Assembly (NCBI RefSeq): GCF_036588685.1
Contig: NC_086379.1
Location: forward strand, 62,310,001-62,374,000
Direction of reading: 5' to 3'
Origin: Mytilus trossulus
Lineage: Eukaryota
Length of the DNA stretch: 64,000 bases
Shown here: one piece after another, positions 25,741 to 36,396 of the stretch
Numbering within the stretch: the first letter of the stretch is position 1
How the letters are laid out: each line of letters opens with the position of its first letter
The notes under the pieces: model-generated
Databases searched by the model: none
The model's input: the letters and a program-made list of their open reading frames with translations, nothing else
Told to the model about the DNA's origin: nothing
Translations under genes and position numbers: made by a program

Positions 25741-26761
25741 ATATCCGGTTTTTGTGGTGATTAGGTTGCTATTTTTTTAGTTTTACATGTTGTGTTCAGT
25801 GTACTGTTGTTTTTTTCAAAGTGTTGTCTGTTGTTTATCTTTGATGTATGATTTCTTTATATCCCTGGAATGGTCTCCCCTTTTTAAGATACTGTAAAGA
25901 TGGAGAACAACAATAAAATATTGTTTCTATTGTCTCTAACTCATGATATTTTTATTTGCGTACATTTCAACCGTATTATTTCCATTCAAATAATTTTCTT
26001 ATGCTCTAATTGCATAAACTGCAATGACATTGGTTTTGTGTATTATATCATATTTTGGATACTTATTTTACTGATTTGCCATTAAAGACGAAATTTCACC
26101 ATAACAAGCTCATTATACAAAAAAACATGTATACCCTTTGTGTTGTGTATATAACATATTCTCGTTTGAAAACCTTAAATTTGATGCACTTGTGTCAAAT
26201 GGTAGGATAGTTTTGAAACAGGAGAAGAAACTAGAGATATTTCATACAAGTTAGATGTTTCATCAATCCTCAGTGACTTCCGACGTATGGAAGTCAGAGA
26301 AATTTTATATTAAATGTTGGATTTTGTAAAAAAGAAATTATCTGAAAGTTCATGTATTAAATCGTGGTATTGTTTTAGTTGATATCTTAATTGTAAGATC
26401 GTGAAATTACTATTAAGATTCAAGGATGCTTGTTAATTTTCTTAAAAAGCAGAAATACAAACAAAATACAAAACACATGTTTAAGCTCTTTTAATAAAAA
26501 AAATCAATTTTTTATTTAAGTTCCTTTCATAAAGGATACATTGTAGTTGAATAAAAAGTATGTCACAAAGTAAAACAAAGTCTCATTAAAAGTCTTTTTT
26601 TATTCTCTAATTGTTAATTGCATGAAAGAGGTTTAATTAATTGCTTCTTCGGAAATTGTCAGAGAATTGAATGCAAAGTGAAAATAAAATGCAAATACAA
26701 TCTTGATATCTTTCCGAGTAACATACCAGAACATATTGAAAACACACAATCAAATAGTCAT

Positions 26762-28168
26762 TTAGACATAACCCCCTTCCTTCAACATTGGATTCAAAAA
26801 TACGTATGCAAGGTATGAGTGGACAGCTATCGTGGCAAGAAAAAGTAAATAATCAAAAGCCCGCGAAACTGTTACCCATGTCATTTCTTCGGGAACCCTA
26901 CAAAACCAGCAACGTTCTGAGCATGTTAACTTCTTTGTATACGGTGGTGGTTCTTCAATTTCTTCACGTTTCTTCCATTTATCCCATTTTACATTTGAGA
27001 CCCCAAACTTGTGTTCTTGTGGTAGGTAGTAGACATCAAATTTTCGTTTTTTATCTTCAAAGTCATATGACGAAATAGAAATACCATCTGGGTGAATCGT
27101 TGCTTTCTTTTCCCGCTTACATCTGCATACCATGCAACACATTGTACCAACTACGAACGCTACAACAGACGGTACTTTAAGATCAACAGTCTTAAGATGT
27201 TGTCTGACAGTAAAAATAGAAACTATTGTTATTACACCACTAAAGGCCATTAAAATCACGATATACAATGACAAGGTAGACAGCGGATTAGATGTTCTGG
27301 GAAGATTATCACCAATAATTGTCAGGAAAACGGAGAATGTTAAATAAACAGTCATAGAAAATCCTACTCTACCATGATCTATTGGCATGAGGAATGCAAA
27401 TCCATTTATGATTCCTAATAATAAAATAGGTGCAGCTAAAACAATTACAAAGTACGTAGAACGACGCTTTAAGTGAATAGAAAACGACACATAGGTAGCT
27501 TTGCTTGTTGAGCTCGTGCTTACTGTCGTAGTATTCATATCCCAGATAATGTTTTGAGCGAAGTCTGTCGTGTCGAGACTTGTAGAATTAGTGGAAAGTG
27601 ATAATTCTTCCGGTGAATAATCAAGGTGCGACATATCAAATGAACACGTCTGTGAATCAAACGGAAATAGTTCGATATTCACATCACAACCAGCCTTAAT
27701 GATAAAAGCAGGCTTCCAGGTATGAGTGCCGTCAAATCTCACGTCAATTAGATCATTGTTGGTCCCTACGACGGAAAGTTGATCAACGCCATTGTATGTG
27801 AATATCGGTGGATACCAAAGATCAGAGCGGGGTATTTTTGCTGTAGTGATGACATCTGTTACTCCGACTGGTTTTTCGGTCCATGTTAGAATTTCACTTT
27901 TCCAGGAAATTATGAAATTACCAACTAAAGTTATTGTTCCATCCCTATCAGAAAACTCTTGTATGTTGTCAAGTTTCATTGAAATACTCACATTAAGTTG
28001 GTCGGACTGGTTGTTCATAGGGAAACTCAGTTTATTATAATCAGCAAATATCTTATTGTAAAAGAACTGCCAGTCTGATGCTAAAGTTCCTCCATTTACA
28101 GTTTGGAAACATAACAAAAAGATGAAAATTCCTCCGAAGTTAAACGGTGATAATTTCTTGTCCGCCAT
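26762..28168 (-). CDS. Cys-loop ligand-gated ion channel subunit 5 (nAChR-like, non-alpha), single coding exon, 468 aa
   Basis: Signal peptide; WYPPIFTYN; CDVNIELFPFDSQTC; M2 PIDHGRVGFSMTVYL (no -1' Glu); WVTVSRAFD. Confidence 0.96.
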   Translation of the reverse strand: MADKKLSPFNFGGIFIFLLCFQTVNGGTLASDWQFFYNKIFADYNKLSFPMNNQSDQLNVSISMKLDNIQEFSDRDGTITLVGNFIISWKSEILTWTEKPVGVTDVITTAKIPRSDLWYPPIFTYNGVDQLSVVGTNNDLIDVRFDGTHTWKPAFIIKAGCDVNIELFPFDSQTCSFDMSHLDYSPEELSLSTNSTSLDTTDFAQNIIWDMNTTTVSTSSTSKATYVSFSIHLKRRSTYFVIVLAAPILLLGIINGFAFLMPIDHGRVGFSMTVYLTFSVFLTIIGDNLPRTSNPLSTLSLYIVILMAFSGVITIVSIFTVRQHLKTVDLKVPSVVAFVVGTMCCMVCRCKREKKATIHPDGISISSYDFEDKKRKFDVYYLPQEHKFGVSNVKWDKWKKREEIEEPPPYTKKLTCSERCWFCRVPEEMTWVTVSRAFDYLLFLATIAVHSYLAYVFLNPMLKEGGYV

Positions 28169-29311
28169 GTTGGTGTATAATTAAATCATTTGGCAAAACA
28201 TCTCGTGTTATAGTTAAACTCCATATCTGATCAGGTATAATTATTTGTAATTAACTCGAAAACAAAAGAATTATTTAAATGATGTTTTTATATAACAATA
28301 CAACTAATGTATTAGTTTTTATTCAGCATTTTAAAGTTGTGCATCTTTTTAAAGCTGTGCATGTATGTTAAACATAGAGGTGATATAATTTCGTTAGCAG
28401 AATAGAAGGTTTAATGATTAAACGAAAGACATTAGTGGGTGCTTGCCATTTCACCTTTTTTTTTATCCATAATAAAAACAAGTGTAGGTACATCCAGTGC
28501 TTCAATCTTTTGACTAGACCGAAATTTGAATATTATTTTATTACTTCTATTTTATCAATTTATACTGACATAATGTATAACATGTTTTCCCTAAAGTATC
28601 CGTTGATGAATTAAGAAAATAATTATAATAAATAAATTAAACTTTCAACTGGACTTACTAAAACGTCAATAAGTGAAACAAGATTGATAAAAAAAACTTT
28701 AAGGAAATCAAAACAACAACGCACCACAACAACAACAGTCATAGCAAAATGAAGACAACAATAAACCAGAATTAAGCATACGCAAATTTTCGACGTACTT
28801 TTTCAACATCAAAACTGCTTGCAATTTATCAGTTTATAATTACGCAAATTTTAAAATAAACTCGATAAAACTATTTACTTGCCTGCGATTTCAAGAATGT
28901 CTAGCTGTATATTTCCCTATGAGTGACTGGCATGCTTGTTGACAGTGCCATTGGATTACAAACCATTATTATTTTTAGATATCAGAAATGTTATACTTCC
29001 CTTGTATCAGCTACCATCTGATCCTTTTACGGATGTTTTTCTGTTTTTTTTTTGCTATTTGTTAACGGAGTTCCATTTATCTGCATTTTGGCAGCTGTTT
29101 GAACTAAAAAGTATTTTTCAATTTAACCCTTATTATTTTCACTTATAACGATTTTGCTTTTGTTAATGAGAGAAAACTGTGATACAACTTTTAAATACTA
29201 TTTTATACCTTATGAATGTTTGTGCCATTTTGTCCTTTTCGATTGGTCCTTTTTTGTGCATATCTCTTCATAATTTTAATAAGCTTTGGATTTTTAAAAA
29301 ATTGGCCTCGG

Positions 29312-29355
29312 GCATCACTGAAAAGACATTGATTGTCAAAATGCTAATCTGATGT
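29312..29355 (+). ncRNA. Degenerate, probably inactive minimal type I hammerhead ribozyme
   Basis: GCATCA CTGAAAA GACA ttgat TGTC AAAA ... TC TGATGT: stems I and II retained, core G8 and G12 both A; followed by AATCTGGTACC like the intact copy. Confidence 0.6.
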
Positions 29356-29389
29356 AGAAAATCTGGTACCGTTTGTGTTTTTAGCTAAT

Positions 29390-29509
29390 TCATTTGCCAA
29401 GAAAGGTTTTATAATGATTTATAGACTGCGTCTATTTTGGAGAACGCGTCTCCATTATCTAGAACAGATGCAACGTATACCTCATTCTAAAATCTTTCTT
29501 GGCAAATGA
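29390..29509. repeat. 120-bp inverted repeat (MITE-like hairpin)
   Basis: CATTTGCCAAGAAAGGTTTTATAATGA versus TCATTCTAAAATCTTTCTTGGCAAATG, 25/27 complementary. Confidence 0.78.
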
Positions 29510-30869
29510 TGGGTGCACTTCAGAGAGTTTTCAGTGCCTGTATTTCATTATTATCATTTTGTGGATACCGATGGCGCTAATAGTAAAATGATCTTATTAA
29601 ATTAAATAAATTGATTGCTAACCATATGTTATTTTAGAATATTGTATTGTCTTGACGTTTTATGGTATATTGTAAACTGTCTGACTGTCAATCAGAACAC
29701 GTGCCCAGATAACTTAAGTTGCTAAGTATTCATATTCGTTTGAAAATTCTTACATACTGCTTTCATCAACGAAGAACATTAGATTTATTTCACTTTCTAT
29801 GAATTGTCTGTTTAATGCTTTGGCCTTTTTATTGAAAGCTGCTTTAAACGAATATTACGAATTTTATAAAATGCTTTTATAAAATCAAGCTCCCTTATTT
29901 TCTCCTGGCAGTAAGCATCAATCAATTAAAAATATCATTTTATTTGACACGGAAATACAGAATAAACTGTAATACAAGACGGAAAATAACAGTTTTGTTT
30001 TATTGTTTGTTTTGAAATCATGGCTAAAAGATAATGAAAATCACACGAAAATTTGCTCAATATGTATAGCATAACTAATCGCTAATTTGGTATCAAATCA
30101 AGACAAAAGAATGTTCATTCGTTTGAAACATATATTTCTCGCACGTATTCGACCTTCTGCTTTTTTAAATATGGCACGAAATGAGATAAGCAATTCAATT
30201 GTTAGGTACTTGTTTAAAGTCTTTCTCCACTGAACCAGAAGTATCAATGTTATCGACGGTGTAGGGGATATCATTGCAAATCTCTGTGTCAAAAACTTAA
30301 TAAAACAATAGTACTTTAATGGTGTAGTCACAGTAGTGACGTATATTTGATATTCTATAATCGTGTTGTACGAAACAATGAGGTTATCGAACTGGTCCTA
30401 AAATTAAAATATCATTGTTTAAGAAACACACCATGGTTTTATACAAATTGGTGTCATAATATCAAAACAAATACATTTTTTTTGTAGTTCAAACTGTAGA
30501 ACTTGCAGTGTAAATGTTACACCGGGCACGTGCATTATTTGATTTTAATATACATTGTAATTAACAAATAGATTAAAAAAAAATGATTAATAAGAACGAA
30601 AAAGCAACCAGCAAAATTCAAAGGCACTGTCAATATAATCGAACAAAGAGGAAATTAGAAAAAAAAATGAATGTGAATGGAGACCCCTCCCCCCCAAAAA
30701 AAAATACAACATGAAAAATCAACCTTACGACTAAAAAAACAACAATTGTTGGTTTTCTGTATTGTTATAATTTTTTCTAATAAGACAATAATGCAATATA
30801 ATAAGTAATTTAAGATAACGACAATTCATACTTGAACAAGTTTAAATGCAAAAGATAAAATGAATATTT

Positions 30870-32204
30870 TCAAGTTGAAACAAAGTTTTCCTTCGCAAGA
30901 TTGATCCAAGGATACATAAACATGAGATACACACAGAAATTAAGAAACAAAAATAAAAATAAGTAAAAAATGTCCATAGTCGATCCAACGGTTTTCCACT
31001 TTATTCTAGGAACTTTCTTCTCCTTTTCAATATCATCTTCCCCATCATCGTCTCTCCTGCGTTTGACTTTCACTTCTTTAACAAATGCCGATGCTGCTTG
31101 AAGTTTGAATCGTTTATTTAGAATGCCATATCCCGACGGTGGTTTCCAGTCGCCGAGTGTTTTTCCTCGACATGGGAAACACCACAACAACGAAACAAAA
31201 CATGACAAGCAGCCCGATACTTTAGATTTACCATGTCGGTGATAGATATGTAACGTAGACGATATATACGATAGAAGCATAATGTTCGTTAAAAACTGCC
31301 AATCAAGAAAATAAACGACAACCGGGATCGGCGATGTAGTTTTAGGTATTTCATCTGTGACAAGGTTTAAAACTATGGTAACGACAAGTGTTCCCGTAAC
31401 GATGTATCTTACTCTTGCTTGATCGTAGGGAATCATGAAAGCAAGAATACTCATAACACCCGTCAGAAGAACCGGAACAATAAAATACATAGCAAAGAAC
31501 GCCCCTCGACGCTGAATCTTTATAGTATATTCCACTTTTGAGTACAATCCTAGAACATATGATGAACTGGTTGACATAATGTTCCAAGAAGGGTTAATGG
31601 CATACTGAGTAAGATCTATTGTAGCGTTCTCGACAGACGGATAAAGTGTGATCATTTCGCTTGTTATTTGCCAAGGTAAAAATGATATAACACATTCATG
31701 TGTATCGAAAGGATAGTATGTCGCATCAACTGAACAATATACTTCGAAATCAAAGTTAGTTTTATAGTAAATACTCCCGTCAGGTTTTAATACCACAGGC
31801 GTTGACGTATGACCAACACGAACTAGGTCCTCTACCGAATTTGTCATGATAATAATAGGCATATAAACATCATCCTGTGATAAAGTGATATTTACACCTG
31901 TTATTCCGGCATTTGTCAGAGGTGTTCGTATTAATTCATCCGTCCATTCCATTTCAATGAATCCCATTAATTCCAACACCGCAGCTTCTTCGTAGTATTC
32001 CTTGATTGCTGTTAAACCGAGGTTTATTGTCACCTGCAGTGGGTCGTCCTGGATTGTTTTGGGACGTACTGCTGTATCGTACTTGGTTTTATCTGCTGGT
32101 GGCTGGACAATATCATCCAAAAAAGTCCCAACGTTCGTTGCAGTGTCTCCATAAATTACCGATGCAATTTCAAATGCTATCAAGAAGATAAGTTTATATT
32201 CCAT
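30870..32204 (-). CDS. Cys-loop ligand-gated ion channel subunit 6 (nAChR-like, non-alpha, atypical M2), single coding exon, 444 aa
   Basis: Signal peptide; Cys loop CSVDATYYPFDTHEC; pre-M1 QRR; M2 PYDQARVRYIVTGTL; WKTVGSTMD. Confidence 0.95.
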   Translation of the reverse strand: MEYKLIFLIAFEIASVIYGDTATNVGTFLDDIVQPPADKTKYDTAVRPKTIQDDPLQVTINLGLTAIKEYYEEAAVLELMGFIEMEWTDELIRTPLTNAGITGVNITLSQDDVYMPIIIMTNSVEDLVRVGHTSTPVVLKPDGSIYYKTNFDFEVYCSVDATYYPFDTHECVISFLPWQITSEMITLYPSVENATIDLTQYAINPSWNIMSTSSSYVLGLYSKVEYTIKIQRRGAFFAMYFIVPVLLTGVMSILAFMIPYDQARVRYIVTGTLVVTIVLNLVTDEIPKTTSPIPVVVYFLDWQFLTNIMLLSYISSTLHIYHRHGKSKVSGCLSCFVSLLWCFPCRGKTLGDWKPPSGYGILNKRFKLQAASAFVKEVKVKRRRDDDGEDDIEKEKKVPRIKWKTVGSTMDIFYLFLFLFLNFCVYLMFMYPWINLAKENFVST

Positions 32205-32527
32205 TGTGAAATCTGTCTGTGCGGTGGAATTGAGTTCCTACTTGTAAATTTATTCTGTTTTGATATAAAAACGACATTTAAAAACAAATACAATTTTAAA
32301 AATAGTAATGGCATGATCGCCTTAGAAAATCACAGTTCCATGTTAACAATTACCTAAAGAACAAGTTTGCCCAAACACAATAACTTTCAATTGATTACAA
32401 TAAAATTAATGTACTAAATAAAATAAAACAATAACGACATACCAAGTCACAAATTATAGCAACTTTATGATTTACAATTAAATTGGATAGTTTTGATTTT
32501 ATTATAACATTGTAAACTTTATAGGAA
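32205..32527. promoter_or_regulatory. Candidate bidirectional promoter between divergently transcribed subunits 6 and 7
   Basis: Only 323 bp of AT-rich DNA with no recognised repeat between the two start codons; no specific promoter motif identified. Confidence 0.5.
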
Positions 32528-33910
32528 ATGAAGTCTTCGTTCGTTTTTACTGTGATTCTAATAATGACCAAGTTTTCATTATTCAAGACACAGACGGAGT
32601 ACCATGATAAATTCAGAACCTACTTATCTGACGTCATAGAAGACGCCGTTGTGCACGATGCAAGGATACGCCCGATGACAGATCAAGCAAACGCCGTAGA
32701 CATTTCTGTGGAATTTCAGATCATATCCATAAGTAAGCTTGATACATTTTCCGGTTCCATGGATTTCGCTGGTAGATTAAAAATGAAATGGACAAGCGAA
32801 GAAGAAATAGTGCGGCCTGATGAACAGAGAAACTGGTTGGACTTTGATGCCAGACTTGTAGACCAAGATAGTATCTGGACACCCGACATCACTGTGTATA
32901 ACTCAATGGGCGAGCGGAAGCGACTTGGAGATTCGTCATTCCGTATTCAAATAGACATGGACGGTAGATGTGAATGGTTATTGGGAGTTGTGGATTCCAC
33001 TTCTTGCACGTTTGATGTGACTTTATTTCCGTTCGACAAACCAATTTGTAACATCGTTTTCACTACATGGAAATACAAAGCTGCTGAAGTTCTATTATCT
33101 GCTCTCAATGATAGTGTTGATATGTCATTATACAACGAAAATAGTGAATGGACGATAGTTAATACTACTTCAAATCTTACAATTCAAAACGAGGTTTCAT
33201 ATCTTAACTATACGATTTACTTTAAACGTGAAGCTGGGTTTGTTTTAGTGAATATGATTCTTCCCGTAATAGTAGTATCCTTACTAAATGCATTAGTATT
33301 TTTAGTTCCTGCAGAATCAGGAGAGCGGTTAACTTATGCCATTTTATTATTTTTATGGTTCGCGGTCTATCTTGATATCATTTCCACGAACTTGCCTATA
33401 TCGTCTGAAAATATGTCAAATTTATCTTTATTTGTTATTTCGATGGTTGGGTTAAGTATTTTAACGATATTTTTGGATGTTATTAGTGTAATGTTGTACA
33501 ATCGCGATGACAAAAAACAAGTGCCTTGGTGTATCGAAGGTTTTGTTCGATGTTTACGCTGTCGGTGTGGTGGTAGTAATCGTAATCGAATTATTCCTTT
33601 CGAAGACGTTGAATCATATGATCAGAACGGCGAAACGCAGATGCTAAACGGAAAGGCACCAACGACTGTAGCGCTTGGCACGAAAAGTAATAACAAAGTA
33701 GAATTAAGACTGAGAGACTTTGAAATGCCAAGAGATGATTTAAAAAGAAAAGAAAACATTGAAAATGAACCTAGGAAGAGAAAATCAGATGAAGTTGATT
33801 GGAAAGTCGTATCTGTTACATTTGATTATATATGTTTTGTATTAACCCTGCTTTGTACTTTAGGACTTTGTGGTTACTTTCTTGTTCCTTTAGTAACTGC
33901 GAATTCATAG
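32528..33910 (+). CDS. Cys-loop ligand-gated ion channel subunit 7 (nAChR-like, non-alpha), single coding exon, 460 aa
   Basis: Signal peptide; RIRP; WTPDITVYN; CTFDVTLFPFDKPIC; TWKY; M2 ESGERLTYAILLFL; WKVVSVTFD. Confidence 0.96.
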   Translation: MKSSFVFTVILIMTKFSLFKTQTEYHDKFRTYLSDVIEDAVVHDARIRPMTDQANAVDISVEFQIISISKLDTFSGSMDFAGRLKMKWTSEEEIVRPDEQRNWLDFDARLVDQDSIWTPDITVYNSMGERKRLGDSSFRIQIDMDGRCEWLLGVVDSTSCTFDVTLFPFDKPICNIVFTTWKYKAAEVLLSALNDSVDMSLYNENSEWTIVNTTSNLTIQNEVSYLNYTIYFKREAGFVLVNMILPVIVVSLLNALVFLVPAESGERLTYAILLFLWFAVYLDIISTNLPISSENMSNLSLFVISMVGLSILTIFLDVISVMLYNRDDKKQVPWCIEGFVRCLRCRCGGSNRNRIIPFEDVESYDQNGETQMLNGKAPTTVALGTKSNNKVELRLRDFEMPRDDLKRKENIENEPRKRKSDEVDWKVVSVTFDYICFVLTLLCTLGLCGYFLVPLVTANS

Positions 33911-34084
33911 AAAATAACTAATAATGATAGTCAATATTATCATCTGCAATTTGAGGGAACAGGGAAACGGGCAATGAAGAATGTAAAACATTTGTAGTTT
34001 TCTTTGTATTTTTCTAATAAAGACATTATTAAATATTCTGTTCCATCTTTTAAAATAAGCAACAGTTGTAAATCGCTGTACAAA

Positions 34085-34410
34085 AGTCATCAATCGAATA
34101 AGGGAAAACAAATTCGGGTTACAAACTTAAACCGAGGGAAACACATCAACTTTAAGAGGAAAACATAGAAACAACAAGAACACTGACTTACTAAAAAAAG
34201 CAAACGCCAACTTACATAGAAACAAACCATTTGATAACAACTTAAATATTCCTGACTTGGTATAGGACATTTTAAGAAAAAATGGTGTATTGAACCTGGT
34301 TTTATGGGTTGCCAAACCTCCCGCTTACATGGCAATTTTAAATTATCGCTAAAATGACAACAGTCATACAATGATTTTCCCAATACAAGTCCAAACAAAT
34401 ATGACAATTA
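34085..34410 (+). repeat. Interspersed repeat, family C
   Basis: AAATTCGGGTTACAAACTTAAACCGAGGGAAAC...CCTGACTTGG...AACCTGGTTTT...GCCAAACCTCCC; other copies at about 22515-22700, 38345-38745 (+) and 39205-39555 (-). Confidence 0.75.
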
Positions 34411-35060
34411 TGGCATTGAAAGGCTATTTTACAATTATTTGGACTACAAATGACAAAACATAACTCATTATCCAAACCAAAAAAGAAATATCTAAAATAC
34501 CGACACAAGTCTTATAGCATTCAAATTTACACTTGACAAAACAGTCATATTCGGGAATAGGTCACATTCGGTACTTAACAGATAGACGACATAGATGATG
34601 AACCACACTTCTGCATATGAAGTCATTTAGTGTGAACATACACGAGCATAACTTATCAATTGATGAAGGACGGACACTATATGAACACTGTTCTGCAGCT
34701 CATTGGTATCCTTTGTAGTAGAACCCTTGGTATTCTTAGCTTTAGGATCTTTTGATTACTTTGTATTAGGAAACTTGTTATCTTTTGTATTATAACCGTT
34801 GGTATCCTACGTATTTGGACCTTTTGTGTCTTTTTATAAATACCATTGGCTACTTCGTTTAAGGATCTTTGGTATCCTTTGTATAAAGAACCTTGGTAAA
34901 TTCGTATTAGCACATTTGGTATCTTTTGTATTGTATAAAGAACGTTGGTTTCGTTTGTACATCTGTGAGTTCTCAACCACCTCCACATTACTTAGGATAT
35001 GGTAGGACTAAAGAAAATCTCCATAATAGTTATCAAATGTACCAGGATTATAATTTAATA

Positions 35061-35102
35061 CGTCAGACGCGCGTTTCGTCTAAATAAGACTCATCAGTGA
35101 CG
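35061..35102 (-). ncRNA. Minimal type I hammerhead ribozyme (Penelope-like/retrozyme type)
   Basis: Minus strand CGTCA CTGATGA GTCT tattt AGAC GAA AC gcgc GT C TGACG: stem I CGTCA/TGACG, core CUGAUGA, stem II GTCT/AGAC, GAAA, short stem III with palindromic ACGCGCGT, GUC cleavage triplet (cut between 35066 and 35065). Confidence 0.88.
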
Positions 35103-36396
35103 CTCAGCTATAAGTTGAATACCCAAAAGTGCAAAAAAGAATGACAAAAAAAACCCAAAACAAAACTGCAGCTAATATTTAAAATATAGATTGCGTGGTG
35201 TATATGATAGCGGCCTGAATATATTAAGTAAAACTAGATATACAAACTTAATCCTAAGTATAAAAAAACTACCGCCTCGGCATTAAGTAATTGTTTAAAA
35301 TCAAATCACGATTATTAAACTTATTGATAAACTTCATATTAAATAATAAAAGTCTGTTTTTTTAACTCGCATTTACATTTTATGTATTAATCTTAGGCCT
35401 GAACACCTTTTTCGTGAATTCATCTTCAATCTAGGATTTAAGAATAATGCCTAACATTGTATAGACAGTTGGCCTACTTCCCTAGGCGTTAGGTTGTTGC
35501 CTAAGATTTAAGATTAATGATGCCTTAATTTACTCATTGTCGCGATCATATAGCTCGATTATTATTTCTTGCCGATAGATAAGTACTCAGTTTCGATTCA
35601 TTATAGAACTATTTGAATCAAAACGGTATTTTTTTTATATTAGTGCAGCGAAATGCGCGCTACACTTAAACCCGAAACATACAAACGTTATTACTAAAGA
35701 AACACTCAAGACGGACAAAGGCTAGAGGTTGATGACCATGGACATACGACAGGGTAAAACATGTTTTGTGATAATAGATCCTCTCCTATGATACAATGTG
35801 AAATAAACACAGACAGAAAATCTTAATTTAATTTTTTTTTAATTTTATTTTGTTTGTGTTTGTTTGAATAGTTTATTTTCTGTCAGTTTTACTATTAAAA
35901 AATATCACAAACTTATTCACTAATGTTACATAAAACCTATTTATTACATCAAATGAAAGTGTAGATATTATAATTGTCAACGGTAACTACCTGATGATCG
36001 AGGACACTTAATATATATATTAAAGATTTTTTTCTTTTTTTTCAATAAGCTTTTTAGGGCAAGGGGTTACGGGTAGAAGTGAACACAATTTGATTGACAC
36101 TTAAAGCAGCCAAATCCTAAACATATTTCAGGTGAATCCATACTTTAATCTTTCTATAATTTGAGTTGTTATTTTAGAATAATGCTAACATGTCAAGGTA
36201 ACTTGACCCAAAAAAATAAATAAAGACACCAGTCATAGTATTTGCATGAAAGTGTTTTCACTCTGATAATTATAAATTGACTTGGAATTTAATACCGTCA
36301 TTGTACTTGCCACATTATAACATTAAAAATTAAAAACAAAAGTTTAAAGCTATGTTAGAAACTGTTTAAAAAAGTTAAGTTGAAGTTTATATAAAC

